The notes beneath the pieces were generated by a model. It was not told the DNA's origin and did no database searches. It worked only from the letters and a program-made list of their open reading frames with translations. Shown here piece by piece: positions 46,192 to 56,938 of a DNA stretch of 64,000 nucleotides. This DNA comes from an uncultured Candidatus Rokubacteria bacterium (GTDB lineage Bacteria; Methylomirabilota; Methylomirabilia; Rokubacteriales; CSP1-6), in the NCBI GenBank assembly GCA_963758635.1, contig CAVWWD010000008.1, positions 224,001-288,000 on the forward strand, read 5' to 3'. The position numbers and the translations under genes are program-made. The first letter of the stretch is position 1; each line of letters begins with the position of its first letter.

Positions 46192-47427
46192 TCAGGGGCG
46201 CTGGCTCCAGGGCGGCGTGGGGTATCGAGCCTTGCCCGGCGCGAGCTCCTCCGGCCACACGATCACCTTCTTGCCGTCCTGCCACTGGAACATCACCATC
46301 TTGTGGGCGATCTGGAACCCGTCGGCGTCGACCTTGAACGCGCCGAACGCGGTGCTCACGTCAAGTCGGACCAACGCCGCGCGGACCTTCTCGCCGTCGA
46401 CGGTGCCCGCCCGCCGCATCGCCTCGAGGAGCAGCTGGCAGGCCGCGTAGCCCTGGGCCGTGTGATACGAGAGCCCCGCGCCGGGGAACTCACGCTGATG
46501 GGCCTCGACGAACTCGCGGGCGCCCGGGTATTGCCGGGCGATGGGGATCAGCCCGCCCGCCCGCAGCGTCACCAGGTCGGGCTCCCACTGGCTGGCGCCG
46601 TAGACGAATTCCGCGCTCTTGCCGAGGCTCTCGTGGAACTTCGGGAGGTCCCCGCCCACGGTGACGGCGTACATCTTCACGTTCAGGTTGATCTCCCGGA
46701 GCTGCTTGGTGATGGCCACCGAGTCGTCGAAGTAGGTGGCCGCGGCCACCGCGTCCGGGCTCACCGCGGCGATCTTCTGGAGCGCGGGAAGAAAGTCGGT
46801 CGTCCCCTTCGTGTACGCCTCGAGACGGATGACCTGGAGGCCCTTTCGCTTGGCGCTCTCGGCCGCGCCCTGCGCGATGGCCTTCGGGAAGATCGTGTCC
46901 TCGTGGATGACGGCGATGGTCTTGAGCCCGCGCTTGGCGGCCATGTCCACGAAGCCCTCGAGGTAGACCTCGGCCGGCGACAGGAGCATGAAGACGAACT
47001 TCCGCCCCTTCTTGAAGATCGACGTGGTCGCGGCGCCCGTCGCCACCATCGGCAGCTTGTGGCGCTCGATGATGTCCGCGACCGCCTCGGTGATGGGCGA
47101 GGAGTACGGGCCCAGGACGGCGTCGACCTTGTCCTGGCCGATCAGCTTCTCGTAGATGCGGACGGCGTTGGCGGCCTGGGACTGGTCGTCCTCGATGAGC
47201 AGCTCGATCTTCCGTCCGAGGACGCCGCCCTTGTCGTTGGCGTCCTTGGCGCAGAGCTGGTGGCCGCGCACCTGGTTCTGCCCGAGCGCGGCGTACTGTC
47301 CGCTGGTCCCGACCGAGACGCCCACGCGGATCGGCGGCGGGCTCTGGCTGGCGGCGGGAGACGGCGCGGCGAGGACGGCGACGACGACCAGGCCGAGCGT
47401 GAGGCGAAGCGCGCGAGATGCCAACAT
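46192..47427 (-). CDS. LivK-family amino-acid substrate-binding protein
   Basis: Signal peptide, GGVLGRKIEL..DD, LGPYSS and QWQDGK..VWP. Confidence 0.9.
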   Translation of the reverse strand: MLASRALRLTLGLVVVAVLAAPSPAASQSPPPIRVGVSVGTSGQYAALGQNQVRGHQLCAKDANDKGGVLGRKIELLIEDDQSQAANAVRIYEKLIGQDKVDAVLGPYSSPITEAVADIIERHKLPMVATGAATTSIFKKGRKFVFMLLSPAEVYLEGFVDMAAKRGLKTIAVIHEDTIFPKAIAQGAAESAKRKGLQVIRLEAYTKGTTDFLPALQKIAAVSPDAVAAATYFDDSVAITKQLREINLNVKMYAVTVGGDLPKFHESLGKSAEFVYGASQWEPDLVTLRAGGLIPIARQYPGAREFVEAHQREFPGAGLSYHTAQGYAACQLLLEAMRRAGTVDGEKVRAALVRLDVSTAFGAFKVDADGFQIAHKMVMFQWQDGKKVIVWPEELAPGKARYPTPPWSQRP

Positions 47428-47501
47428 GGTCCCCTTATCCCGGAGAAGGACACGCTTCGATACGGTCACCAAGCGCGAGGACTGGGCCGCGAGCCCGTCC
47501 A

Positions 47502-47530
47502 AGAGTAGTGACAGGCCCCCGGGTTGTCAA
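47502..47530 (-). promoter_or_regulatory. Sigma70-like promoter of the signalling operon
   Basis: TTGACA-N17-TACTCT. Confidence 0.6.
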
Positions 47531-47637
47531 ACGTCTGGTTCGGAGCTCGCGCGGGGATGTCGCGCGGTCGCGGGTCGCGCTCGGGCGAGGGGCGCGCTAT
47601 GCGGTCCCGCGGCCGCCCGGGGCGGCGAGCTCCGGCG

Positions 47638-49696
47638 TCACGTGATCGCGGCCACGTCCACCATGGCGTCGAAGGTCGCCTGGCCGCCGGAGAAGCCGAA
47701 GGTGTCGACGGCGCCGTCGGGCAGCGCCGGCGCCCCCGACGTGAGGTCGTTCAGGCCCGTCCAGCCGTCGCGCATCCACACCGTGCCCGAGCGGATGCGG
47801 TCGGTCACGCGGGCGCGCGCCCGCATCTCGCCGCGCTCGTTGTAGATCCGGATGGGCGTCCCGTCTGCGACGCCGCGCTCCGCGCCGTCCGCGAGCGAGA
47901 TCCACAGCTCGGGCTCGGGGTCGAGCCGGGCCAGCGTGGGCAGCGCCTGCCCGTGGTCGTAGAAGCCGTGGAAGTGCGTCAGCGTGCGGCCCTGGCGCAG
48001 CGAGAGCGGAAAGCTCGAGGGGGCCGGCGGCTCGTACACGGGCAGCGGCGGGAGCCCGAGGGCCCGCGCGCGCTCGGAGTAGAGCTCGACCTTGCGCGAC
48101 GGCGTTGGGAACGCGAGGTCGGGGTGGGCCACGTGCGAGATGGAGAGCGCGCGCATCCCGTCCTCGGCGCGCAGCGCGGCCACGGTGGCGCCGCCGGTGG
48201 ACGGGTGGTCGATGAGGGCGTCGATCGGGCCGTCCTCGCCGGCCCACGGGTAGAAGTCGGGCACGTCGAGCCGCGCGGCGAGCTGCCGCAGCACCCAGCT
48301 CACCGTGCGCGTCTCGCCCGGCGGCTCGAGCGCGCGCTCCATCAGGTAGAGGTGCGTGTTCGTGCTCTTGGCGCCCACCTCCTCGAGCCAGCTCGTCCCC
48401 GGCAGCACCACGTCGGCGAAGTGGCGGGCCGTGTCGTTCATGAACAGGTCGTGGAGGACCACGAGGTCGGTCCGCTCGAGGCCGCGCGCCACCGCGGAGG
48501 CGTCGGCGAACGACGAGAGCATGTCCGTGCCGAAGAGCAGCATCACGCGCAGCCGTCCGTCTTCCAGCGCCTGGGTGACCGCGGGCATCTGGTTGGGGAT
48601 GTCCGCGCCGGGCGGGCGGCGGTGCATCAGCGTGATGTCGTTCAGCTCCTGGCCATGGCTCCGGCTGCCGTGGCGCGGGCCGAGTCCGCCCCCGCGGATG
48701 CCGAGGTTGCCGGTGAGCGCGGGCAGGCAGCCGATGGCGCGCGCGGCGTGCCAGCCGTTGGCGCCCTTGTGCATGGAGCTGCCGCCGAGCACGATCATCG
48801 CCGGACGGGTGGCCGCGTAGCGCCGGGCCAGCCCCACGATCACCGGAGCGGGCACGCCGGTCACGGACGCCGCCCACTCCGGGCGGTACGCGGCCACGTG
48901 CTGGGCGAGGGCGTCGAAGCCGACGGTGTGCGCGGCGACCCAGTCGCGGTCGTGCCGGCCCTCGGCGACGATCACGCGCATCATCGCCAGCGCGAGCGCG
49001 GCGTCGGTGCCGGGGCGGATCACCAGCGCCTCGTCGGCCTGGGCCGCGGCCTCGGTGTGACGCACGTCGATGGCGACCACGTGGGCGCCGCGCCGGCGCG
49101 CCGCCACCAGGTGCGGGGCGGTGTTGGGCTGGCTCGCGAGGTTCGCGCCCCACAGGAGCACGAGCGAGGCGTGGGCGCCCATGTCCTCCTTCGTATTGGT
49201 CTCGAGCGGGCCGGTGAGCCCGAGGCCGAAGCCGCCCAGCCCCCAGCAGATCATGGTGGGGTTCCACCACTGGCAGCCGAAGAGGTTGGCGAAGCGGCGC
49301 ATCAGGTGCGAGTTCACGCGCGTGCCGTAGTTGTTGGCGAACGCGCCGTGACCGGACCAGATGCCCACCGCCTCGCGGCCGGCCGCGCGCATGCGCGACG
49401 CGATCAGGTCGAGGGCGTCGTCCCACGACGCGTCCTGCCAGGCGCCGCCCCCGCGCTGGCCCGCGGTGCGGCGGGCGCGGACGAGCGGGCGCAGGAGCCG
49501 CGCCGGGTTGTCGATGATCTCGCGCGAGGCCTGGCCGCGCACGCACAGGAAGCCGCGGCTGTCCGGGTTGTCGGGGTCGCCGCGCACGCCGAGGAGCCGC
49601 CCGTCCTCGACGTCGACGAGCATGCCGCAGAGCGTGGGATGGCAGTTCATCGGGCACATGGTGCGGACCGTGCGGAGGCCGCCGCGCGCGTCTCAT
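47638..49696 (-). CDS. Stand-alone molybdopterin (Mo/W-bisPGD) oxidoreductase; probable indel just after the start
   Basis: CPMNCHPTLC...FLCVRG Fe-S motif, IRPGTDAALA, TARHFADVVLP and IYNERG; TATAAG 6 nt before ATG 49696. Confidence 0.88.
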
Positions 49697-49759
49697 GCGC
49701 TCCTTATACCACGCAGCGAAACGGGCGCTCGCGCCGGCCGGGGGTGCCGGCGCGCGCGC

Positions 49760-50125
49760 TCAGACGGCCGTCTTGGGATTGGGGCCGAACCGATTGGTCC
49801 CGGCTTCGCTGTCCTGGGCGAGGAAGAACAGGAGGACGATCCCGACCACGGGGACGAGTCCGAGGAGGAGCCACCAGCCGCTCCGCCCGGTGTCGTGCAA
49901 CCTCCGGATCCCCACGCCGACGGAAGGAAGCAGCAACGCGAGCGCGAAGATCCCGCCGAGCAGCCCGATGCCCGACGTGTAGGAGAAGGTCCCCGTGACG
50001 ACGTTGACCACGGCGAGGGCCGCGTAGATGATGAGATAGACCAGCATGTAGTACCAGTACTCGCTGCGGCGGGCCCGTCCGGAGAACTCGGTGTACTTCT
50101 TGACGACGGTAACGAACCAGTTCAT
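49760..50125 (-). CDS. DUF805 (YhaH/YhaI-like) inner-membrane protein
   Basis: FSGRARRSEYW, RRLHDTGRSGWW and NRFGPNP. Confidence 0.92.
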   Translation of the reverse strand: MNWFVTVVKKYTEFSGRARRSEYWYYMLVYLIIYAALAVVNVVTGTFSYTSGIGLLGGIFALALLLPSVGVGIRRLHDTGRSGWWLLLGLVPVVGIVLLFFLAQDSEAGTNRFGPNPKTAV

Positions 50126-50364
50126 GGCGCCCTCCCAAGCTCACGGCCCCCGTTGGACCGTCGCACTCATCGGCCTCGATCGTGGCCGAGGTGATCGCCC
50201 GACGCGGGTCCGGTGATCGTCGCCCTCGCTCCGTGCCGGGGGCTCGAAGATAGTGAACGGGCAGGGGGTGCGCAAGGGAGACCCTGCCGGGCCGGCCCGA
50301 GGGCGGGCGGCTCGACGAGCGCCAGCCCCTTGCCACGACGGCCTCGATGTGATTTTCTCCGTCC

Positions 50365-50795
50365 GTGGTCAAGGCCCTCACGTACATCACGCGCCGTCCC
50401 GGTCTGTCGGTGGAGGCGTTCCAGGAGCACTGGCGGACACGCCACGCCGACGTGGTCGTGAAGCTCCCGGGGATCCGCCGCTACGTGCAGTCGCACGCCC
50501 TCCCGTCCGGCTACGCGCGGCGCGCGCTGCCCTTCGACGGGATCGCCGAGATCTGGTTCGACGACACCGACGCGATGCGCGCGCTCGCCGGCACGCCCGC
50601 GTACGCGGCGGTGCAGGAGGAGACCGCTTCTCGACCGCGCCCGGCGCCGCGCTGACGTGGTTCGACGATACCCAGGCCATGCGGGTGTCCGCGGGCACCG
50701 CGGAGTACGCGCGCACCCGCGCCGACGAGCCGAGCTTCCTCGACACCACCCGTCTCCCCGTCGTCATCACGCGCGAGCACGTGGTGGTAGGGTGA
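50365..50795 (+). pseudogene. EthD-family protein, apparently a tandem-domain gene with internal deletion/frameshift
   Basis: RRPGLSVEAFQEHWRTRH and DGIAEIWFDD; a second WFDD..AMR segment follows in another frame. Confidence 0.65.
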
Positions 50796-50840
50796 GGCCC
50801 GGAGGAACTCCCGTGACGACGCCCGCGTGTCCGCCTGACC

Positions 50841-52004
50841 ATGCCCACGTTCCCCGGATTCCGGCTGCCCGAGGAGCTGGCGCTCGTGCGCGAGCAGGTG
50901 CGCCGCTTCGTCCGCGACGAGATCATCCCCGTCGAGCAGCGCATCGACCCCGACGCCGCCGACATCCCCGCCGAGGACTTCCAGCGCCTGTCCGCCAAGT
51001 CCAAGGCCGCGGGCCTGTGGGCTCTCGGCGCGCCCGAGGAGTACGGCGGGGGCGGGCTCGACACGTTCTCGATGACCGTCCTCGTCGAGGAGATGGCGCA
51101 GCACCGCATGGGCCTCTACAACACGGGGTGCGGGGCGTTCGGGCGCAACCCGCCGCCCGCGATCTGGGCGGGGACGAAGGCGCAGATCGAGAAGTACGCG
51201 GTGCCGTGCATCGAGCACGGCTACGAGAGCTTCTTCGCCATCACGGAGCCGTCGGGCGGCTCCGACCCCGCGGGCGCCATTCGCTGCCGCGCCGAGAAGA
51301 AGGGCGACCGCTGGGTGATCAACGGCACCAAGATCTTCATCTCGCGCGCCCACGACGCGCCGTGGGGCGTGGTGTTCTGCCGCACCGGGGAAGCGAAGGA
51401 CCGCAAGGGCATCAGCTGCTTCATCGTCGAGAAGGGGATGAAGGGCTTCACCGCCCGGAACATCCGGACGATCCGCACCGCCTCGGTGCCCAACGAGGTG
51501 TTCTTCGAGGATTGCGAGGTGCCGGAGGAGAACCTGATCGGCAAGCCGGGGCAGGGGCTGGACCTCGCGTTCGACCTGCTCGTGAAGCAGCGCTTCCCGT
51601 ACTCGGCCACGAACCTGGGCGTGGCGGTGGCCGCGCATCGCATGGCCGTCGAGCACGCCAAGCAGCGCGAGACGTTCGGCCAGAAGCTGTCCCAGCGCCA
51701 GGCCATCCAGTGGATGCTCGCCGACGCCGAGGTGGAGCTGCGCGCCGCCCGCTGGCTCATCTGGGACGGCGCGTGGAAGGCCGACCGCGGCGAGGACGCG
51801 CGCGTGGAGGCCTCGATCGCCAAGCTCTACTCCAGCGAGGTGCTCGGCCGCACCGTGGACGCCGCCGTGCAGATCCACGGCGGCTACGGCGTGTCCAAGG
51901 AGTTCCCGCTGGAGCGCTGGTACCGCGAGGCGCGCGTGCGGCGGATCGGGGAGGGCCCGTCCGAGGTGCACCGCATGGTCATCGCCCGCTCGCTCTTCCG
52001 GTAG
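50841..52004 (+). CDS. Acyl-CoA dehydrogenase
   Basis: AITEPSGGSD, INGTKIFIS, QIHGGYG and IGEGPSEV. Confidence 0.92.
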   Translation: MPTFPGFRLPEELALVREQVRRFVRDEIIPVEQRIDPDAADIPAEDFQRLSAKSKAAGLWALGAPEEYGGGGLDTFSMTVLVEEMAQHRMGLYNTGCGAFGRNPPPAIWAGTKAQIEKYAVPCIEHGYESFFAITEPSGGSDPAGAIRCRAEKKGDRWVINGTKIFISRAHDAPWGVVFCRTGEAKDRKGISCFIVEKGMKGFTARNIRTIRTASVPNEVFFEDCEVPEENLIGKPGQGLDLAFDLLVKQRFPYSATNLGVAVAAHRMAVEHAKQRETFGQKLSQRQAIQWMLADAEVELRAARWLIWDGAWKADRGEDARVEASIAKLYSSEVLGRTVDAAVQIHGGYGVSKEFPLERWYREARVRRIGEGPSEVHRMVIARSLFR

Positions 52005-52104
52005 GCAGGGCTCTCATGAACGAGCTCAGCGGACCGCGGGGCTGTTCAGGGTCCACCTTCAATCGGAGTGATGCGGGCTGACCCCCGGATCGGAGACCCA
52101 ACGC

Positions 52105-52878
52105 ATGGCTTACGAGGTGCTGACCTCGACCGAGGATCACGTCGCCACCGTCACGCTGAACCGGCCCGAGAAGCGGAACGCGCTGAGCACCGCCGTCCTC
52201 CGCGGGCTCGCCGCCTCCTTCGACCAGCTCGACAAGAACGACGAGGTCCGCGTGGTGGTGGTGCGCGGGGAAGGGCGCGCGTTCTGCTCGGGCATGGACC
52301 TGGGCGAGATGCGCGAGCGCCAGGCCCAGAACGCCGACGCGGAGGCCGACGTGACGCGCGTGTTCCAGATGATCGAGCGCTCGCGACACCCCGTCATCGC
52401 CATGGTCAACGGCGACGCCTACGCCGGCGGCTGCGAGCTGGCGCTGCACTGCGACCTGCGCATCGTGGCCGACGCCGCGCGCTTCGCCATGCCGCTGGCC
52501 CGCCTCGGCCTCATCGTGCCGTTCCCCCTGGGGCAGAAGCTGGTGGAGATCTGCGGGCCCGCGTTCACGCGGGAGATGCTGTTCACCGGGCGTCCGGTGA
52601 GCGCGACCCGCGCCTACGAGGTGGGCATGGTGCACCGGGTGGTGCCCCTCGCCGAGCTCGAGAAGGCCACCTACGAGCTGGCCCGGCTGATCGCGGGCAA
52701 CGCGCCCCAGTCCCTCCGCGGCATGAAGCAGGTGATCCAGCGCGCCATCTCCGTCCGCGAGCGCATCGAGCACGCCGACCTCTCCGAGCTGGCCCGCGAG
52801 GCGCGCAAGAGCGAGGACGCCAAGGAGGGCGTGCGGGCCATGCTCGAGAAGCGCGCCCCGGACTTTCGTGGGCGCTAG
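52105..52878 (+). CDS. Enoyl-CoA hydratase/isomerase family protein
   Basis: LNRPEKRNAL, FCSGMDL and AGGCELAL. Confidence 0.92.
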   Translation: MAYEVLTSTEDHVATVTLNRPEKRNALSTAVLRGLAASFDQLDKNDEVRVVVVRGEGRAFCSGMDLGEMRERQAQNADAEADVTRVFQMIERSRHPVIAMVNGDAYAGGCELALHCDLRIVADAARFAMPLARLGLIVPFPLGQKLVEICGPAFTREMLFTGRPVSATRAYEVGMVHRVVPLAELEKATYELARLIAGNAPQSLRGMKQVIQRAISVRERIEHADLSELAREARKSEDAKEGVRAMLEKRAPDFRGR

Positions 52879-53677
52879 CCCGGCCCCGCTCACCGGGCGC
52901 GTCGCCCTCGTCACCGGCGGCTCGCGCGGCATCGGGCGGGGCATCGCGCTCCGGCTCGCCGCCGACGGCGCCGACTGCGCGATCACCTACCGGCGGAACG
53001 AGGCGCTCGCCGCCGAGGTGGTCGCCGCGGTCGAGGCCGCCGGCCGCCGCGGGCTCGCGGTGCCGCTCGAGCTGGGCGAGCCCGCCCAGGCCGCGGGCGC
53101 GGTGGCGCAGGTGGCGGATCGGCTCGGCGGCGTGGACATCCTGGTCGCCAACGCCGCGGCCACCGCGTTCCGGCCCATCGTCGAGCAGAAGCCGCACAAC
53201 GTGGACCGGACCTTCGCGATCTCGGTGGACTCGTTCGTGGCGTGCGTGCAGGCCGTCGTGCCGCGCATGCCCACGGGCCGGGGCCGCATCGTCGCCGTCT
53301 CCGGGATCGACGCGGCCCAGGCCATGGCCGGCCACGGGCTCCTCGGCGCGGCCAAGGCCGCGGTGGAGAGCCTCGTCCGCGCGCTGGCCCTCGAGCTGGG
53401 ACCGCGGGGCATCACCGTGAACGGGGTGAGCCCGGGCTTCGTCGACACGGATTCCTCGCGCCTCTACGTGGAGCGGGGGCTCGGCCAGGACTACGAGCGC
53501 GCCGTGGCGCGGGTCGTCGCCGCCACGCCGGTGCGGCGGACGGGGACGGTCGAGGACGTGGCGTCGCTGGTCGCGTTCCTCTCCGGCGACGAGGCCGGCT
53601 TCCTCACCGGACAGACCATCGTGCTGGACGGCGGCCTCACGATCGTGTCGCCGCTCGGCCGGCTCCACAACGTTTGA
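52868..53677 (+). CDS. SDR oxidoreductase (FabL-like)
   Basis: TGGSRGIG, ANAAATAFRP, LLGAAKAA and LDGG. Confidence 0.85.
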   Translation: MGASPAPLTGRVALVTGGSRGIGRGIALRLAADGADCAITYRRNEALAAEVVAAVEAAGRRGLAVPLELGEPAQAAGAVAQVADRLGGVDILVANAAATAFRPIVEQKPHNVDRTFAISVDSFVACVQAVVPRMPTGRGRIVAVSGIDAAQAMAGHGLLGAAKAAVESLVRALALELGPRGITVNGVSPGFVDTDSSRLYVERGLGQDYERAVARVVAATPVRRTGTVEDVASLVAFLSGDEAGFLTGQTIVLDGGLTIVSPLGRLHNV

Positions 53678-53719
53678 CACCCGCGGGCCCCGATGGGGCC
53701 CGCTCTCGGGAGGGCTCGC

Positions 53720-54712
53720 ATGGAATATCGGCCGTTCGGACGGACCGGACTCTCGGTGTCGGCGCTCGGATTCGGCTGTGGCAACGTCGGCGGCCTCATG
53801 GTGCGGGGAACGCCGGCCGAGCGGGAGCGCGCGGTGGCGCGCGCGATGGAGCTCGGCATCAACTACTTCGACACCGCCGCGCTCTACGGCGACGGCCTGT
53901 CCGAGCAGCACCTGGGCCAGGCCTTGAACGCCCTCAAGGCGGCCGTCCACGTGGGCACCAAGTTCCGCCTGAGCGCGACGGACCTCGCCGGCGTGCGGCC
54001 GGCCGTCGTCGCCGCGCTCGACGCGAGCTTGAAGCGCCTCGGCCGCGAGCAGGTCGATCTCTTCCAGCTCCACAACCTGATCCTCCGCGGGCGCGAGCGC
54101 GACCGGGCGTCGGTGCGGGACGTGTTGCAGGAGGTCGTGCCCGTCCTTCAGGACTTGCGGCGCCAGGGCAAGATCCGGTTCCTGGGCTTCACCGCGCTCG
54201 GCGACACGCCGGCGCTCCACGAGGTGATCGACGCCGGCCTCCTCGACACCGCGCAGGTGTGCTTCAACATGCTGAACCCGAGCGCCGGTCATCCGGTGCC
54301 CGCGGGCTTCCCCGGCCAGGACTTCGGCCGGCTTCTCGACCGTGCTCAGGCCAGGGGCGTAGGGACCATCGGCATCCGCGTCCTCGCCGCCGGCGCGCTC
54401 TCCGGCGTGGTCGAGCGCCATCCCGTGGCCGTGCCCGCCGTGGACCCGATCGCCTCGGGCCCCGACTACGACACGGACGTGCGCCGCGCCCAGGCCTTCC
54501 GAACGCTGGTGGCGGAGGGCCACGCGGCGGATCTCGTGGAGGCCTCGCTGCGCTTCGCCATCTCGAGCCCGGCCATGTCCACGGTGCTCCTCGGCTACTC
54601 GGACCTCGGCCACCTCGAGCATGCCGCGGCGGCGGTGGCCCGGGGGCCGCTGCCGCCCGCCGCGCTGGCCCGGCTCACCTCGCTCTGGGCCGATCTGGCC
54701 CGCGGAGCGTGA
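53720..54712 (+). CDS. Aldo/keto reductase
   Basis: GRTGLSVSALGFG, FDTAALYG, SLKRL and FQLHN. Confidence 0.92.
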   Translation: MEYRPFGRTGLSVSALGFGCGNVGGLMVRGTPAERERAVARAMELGINYFDTAALYGDGLSEQHLGQALNALKAAVHVGTKFRLSATDLAGVRPAVVAALDASLKRLGREQVDLFQLHNLILRGRERDRASVRDVLQEVVPVLQDLRRQGKIRFLGFTALGDTPALHEVIDAGLLDTAQVCFNMLNPSAGHPVPAGFPGQDFGRLLDRAQARGVGTIGIRVLAAGALSGVVERHPVAVPAVDPIASGPDYDTDVRRAQAFRTLVAEGHAADLVEASLRFAISSPAMSTVLLGYSDLGHLEHAAAAVARGPLPPAALARLTSLWADLARGA

Positions 54713-54837
54713 GGACGCGGCGGGCCCCCTGCTTCGAAGGGCCGCCCGCCGAAAATGTTGACAGGTCGCGGTCGGGCCCCTCCTGACCGCGGCCTAGTAG
54801 AGTCCGTCCGAAGCACAGGACGCGAGGAGGGGATCGG

Positions 54838-55783
54838 ATGCGATACGGGTTCTACTTGCCGACGCGCGGGAAGACGGCGACGGCGGACGCGCTGGAGACG
54901 CTGGTCGGCCGCGGCGAGGCGCTCGGCTTCTCGTCGGTGATGATCGCCGACCACGTCGTGTTCCCGACCGTCGTCAACTCGAAGTACCCGTACACGGTGA
55001 GCGGGGTGTTCCCGGGGCAGGGCGACGCCCTCGAGCAGCTCGCGCTCATGGCCTTCGTGGCCGGCCGCACGAGCCGGCTCCGGCTCGTGACCAGCGTGAT
55101 GATCCTGCCCTACCGGAACCCCGTCTTCACCGCGAAGACGCTCGCGACCATCGACGTGCTCTCGCGCGGGACGCGTCACGGTGGGCGTGGGCGTGGGCTG
55201 GCTCCGCGAGGAGTTCGAGGCCCTCGCCGCCGCCGACTTCGACCGGCGCGGCGCGGTCAGCGACGAGTACCTGCGCATCTTCAAGACGCTGTGGACCCGA
55301 TCGCCCGCGTCGTTCGAGGGCGAGTTCTACCGCTTCCGGGACCTCCAGTGCCTGCCCCTTCCCGTGCAGAAGCCGCATCCGCCGATCTGGGTGGGCGGGC
55401 ACAGCCGGCCGGCGATCCGTCGCGCCGCGCGCCTGGGCGACGGCTGGCATCCCGTGGGCGCGAACCCCGCGGTGCCGCTGACCCCGGCCGAGCTGAAGGC
55501 GTCGCTCGACCTGCTGCATCGCGAGGCGGAGGCGGCGGGACGCGATCCGTCCGCGCTCACGATCTCGTTCAAGGCGCCGGTGTACGATCCGGCGTCGCCG
55601 GTCTCGGGCGCCGCGCGCCGCCCGTTCAGCGGGAGCGCCGAGCAGATCATGGAGGACATCGCCGACTACGCGCGCCTCGGGGTCAGCGAGCTCGTGTTCG
55701 ATTTCCGCAGCGAGAATCTCTCGGAGAGCCTCGACCGCATGGAGAAGTTCGCCGCGACGATCAAGCCGGGCGCCGCGCACTGA
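54838..55783 (+). CDS. LLM-class (F420-dependent-like) oxidoreductase, indel about 55170
   Basis: ADHVVFP, LPYRNP, GVGVGWLREEF, PPIWVGG and GDGWHP. Confidence 0.85.
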
Positions 55784-55825
55784 TCCCGGACCCGTGGCCA
55801 GGTCCGGGCGCCGGCGTGTCGCCCG

Positions 55826-56938
55826 TCAGGGCGTCACGAGATCCGGGGCGCAGATGAGGGCGGTGCGGACGGCGCGGCCCTGGTCGGCGTTCTCGAAGGC
55901 GCGGGTGATGTCGGCGAGCGGGAACTGGTGCGAGAGCACGCGGTCGAACGGATAGCGGTCGCGGCAGCGCTCGATCAGCTCGAGGCCGCGCCGGAGCGCC
56001 CACGCCTGGTAGCCGCCGACGCCCACCATCCGGCGTCCGAAGTGCACGAGCCAGGCCGGGTCGAACGGGATGGTCTGGCCCGAGCCGATGTTGCCGATCA
56101 CGAGGTAGCGGCCCTCCACGCGTGACATGGCCAGCCCTTCGGCGATCACGCCGGGGTGGCCCACCAGCTCGGCCACCACGTGGCCGCCGCCGCCCGTCAT
56201 CTCGCGCACCGCGCGGGCCCGATCCTCGCTCGACGCGAAGTCGTCCACGTTCACGACCTGGTCCGCGCCGAACCGCGTCGCCAGCTCCAGGCGCTCGGGC
56301 ACGCGGTCGAGCACCACCACCTGGCGCGCCCCGCGCTCGCGCGCCACCGCGGCGGCGAAGAGCCCGAGCCCGCCCGCGCCCTGCACCACCAGCGTCTCGC
56401 CCGCGACGAGGCCCACCTGGTGGAGCCCGTAGATGACCTGGGCGAGCGCGCAGTTGAGCGGCGCCACCGTCAGGTCCCCCAGCGTGTCGGGCGTCTTGAG
56501 CACGTAGTGGCCGGGCCGGAGGTAGTAGTAGTCGGCGTAGGCGCCGGTGAAGTGCGGCGGCGCGTCGCTGCGCGCGCGGCCCGCGCCGATGCGGCGCGAC
56601 ACGCAGTGGTGCTGGTCGTGGGCCAGGCACGGCTCGCAGCGGCCGCACGGCAGGAAGTACGAATACACGATCCGATCGCCCTCGCGGAGCGGCGCCCCCG
56701 CGGCGTCGGTCTTCACGTCGCGGCCCAGGCGCTCCACGCGGCCCGTCATCTCGTGGCCCATGATCGTGGGCCCGCTCCGCGGCGTGTGGCCGCGCCAGCC
56801 GTGCACGTCCGAGCCGCAGATGCTCGCCACCGTCACGCGGACGAGGATGCCGCCCGGCTCCACGTCCGGGAGCGGGAAGCGCCGCTCCTCGAACGGCTGG
56901 CGGACGCCGGCGAAGACGAAGGCGCGGCCGTCCATCAC
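55826..56938 (-). CDS. Zinc-binding (MDR) dehydrogenase
   Basis: ICGSDVH, GHEMTG, CGRCEPC...C and GAGGLG. Confidence 0.9.
   Translation of the reverse strand: MMDGRAFVFAGVRQPFEERRFPLPDVEPGGILVRVTVASICGSDVHGWRGHTPRSGPTIMGHEMTGRVERLGRDVKTDAAGAPLREGDRIVYSYFLPCGRCEPCLAHDQHHCVSRRIGAGRARSDAPPHFTGAYADYYYLRPGHYVLKTPDTLGDLTVAPLNCALAQVIYGLHQVGLVAGETLVVQGAGGLGLFAAAVARERGARQVVVLDRVPERLELATRFGADQVVNVDDFASSEDRARAVREMTGGGGHVVAELVGHPGVIAEGLAMSRVEGRYLVIGNIGSGQTIPFDPAWLVHFGRRMVGVGGYQAWALRRGLELIERCRDRYPFDRVLSHQFPLADITRAFENADQGRAVRTALICAPDLVTP

Noticed and set aside
52005..52104. Possible riboswitch upstream of the enoyl-CoA hydratase
   Set aside because: No recognisable aptamer consensus by eye; a covariance search would be needed.
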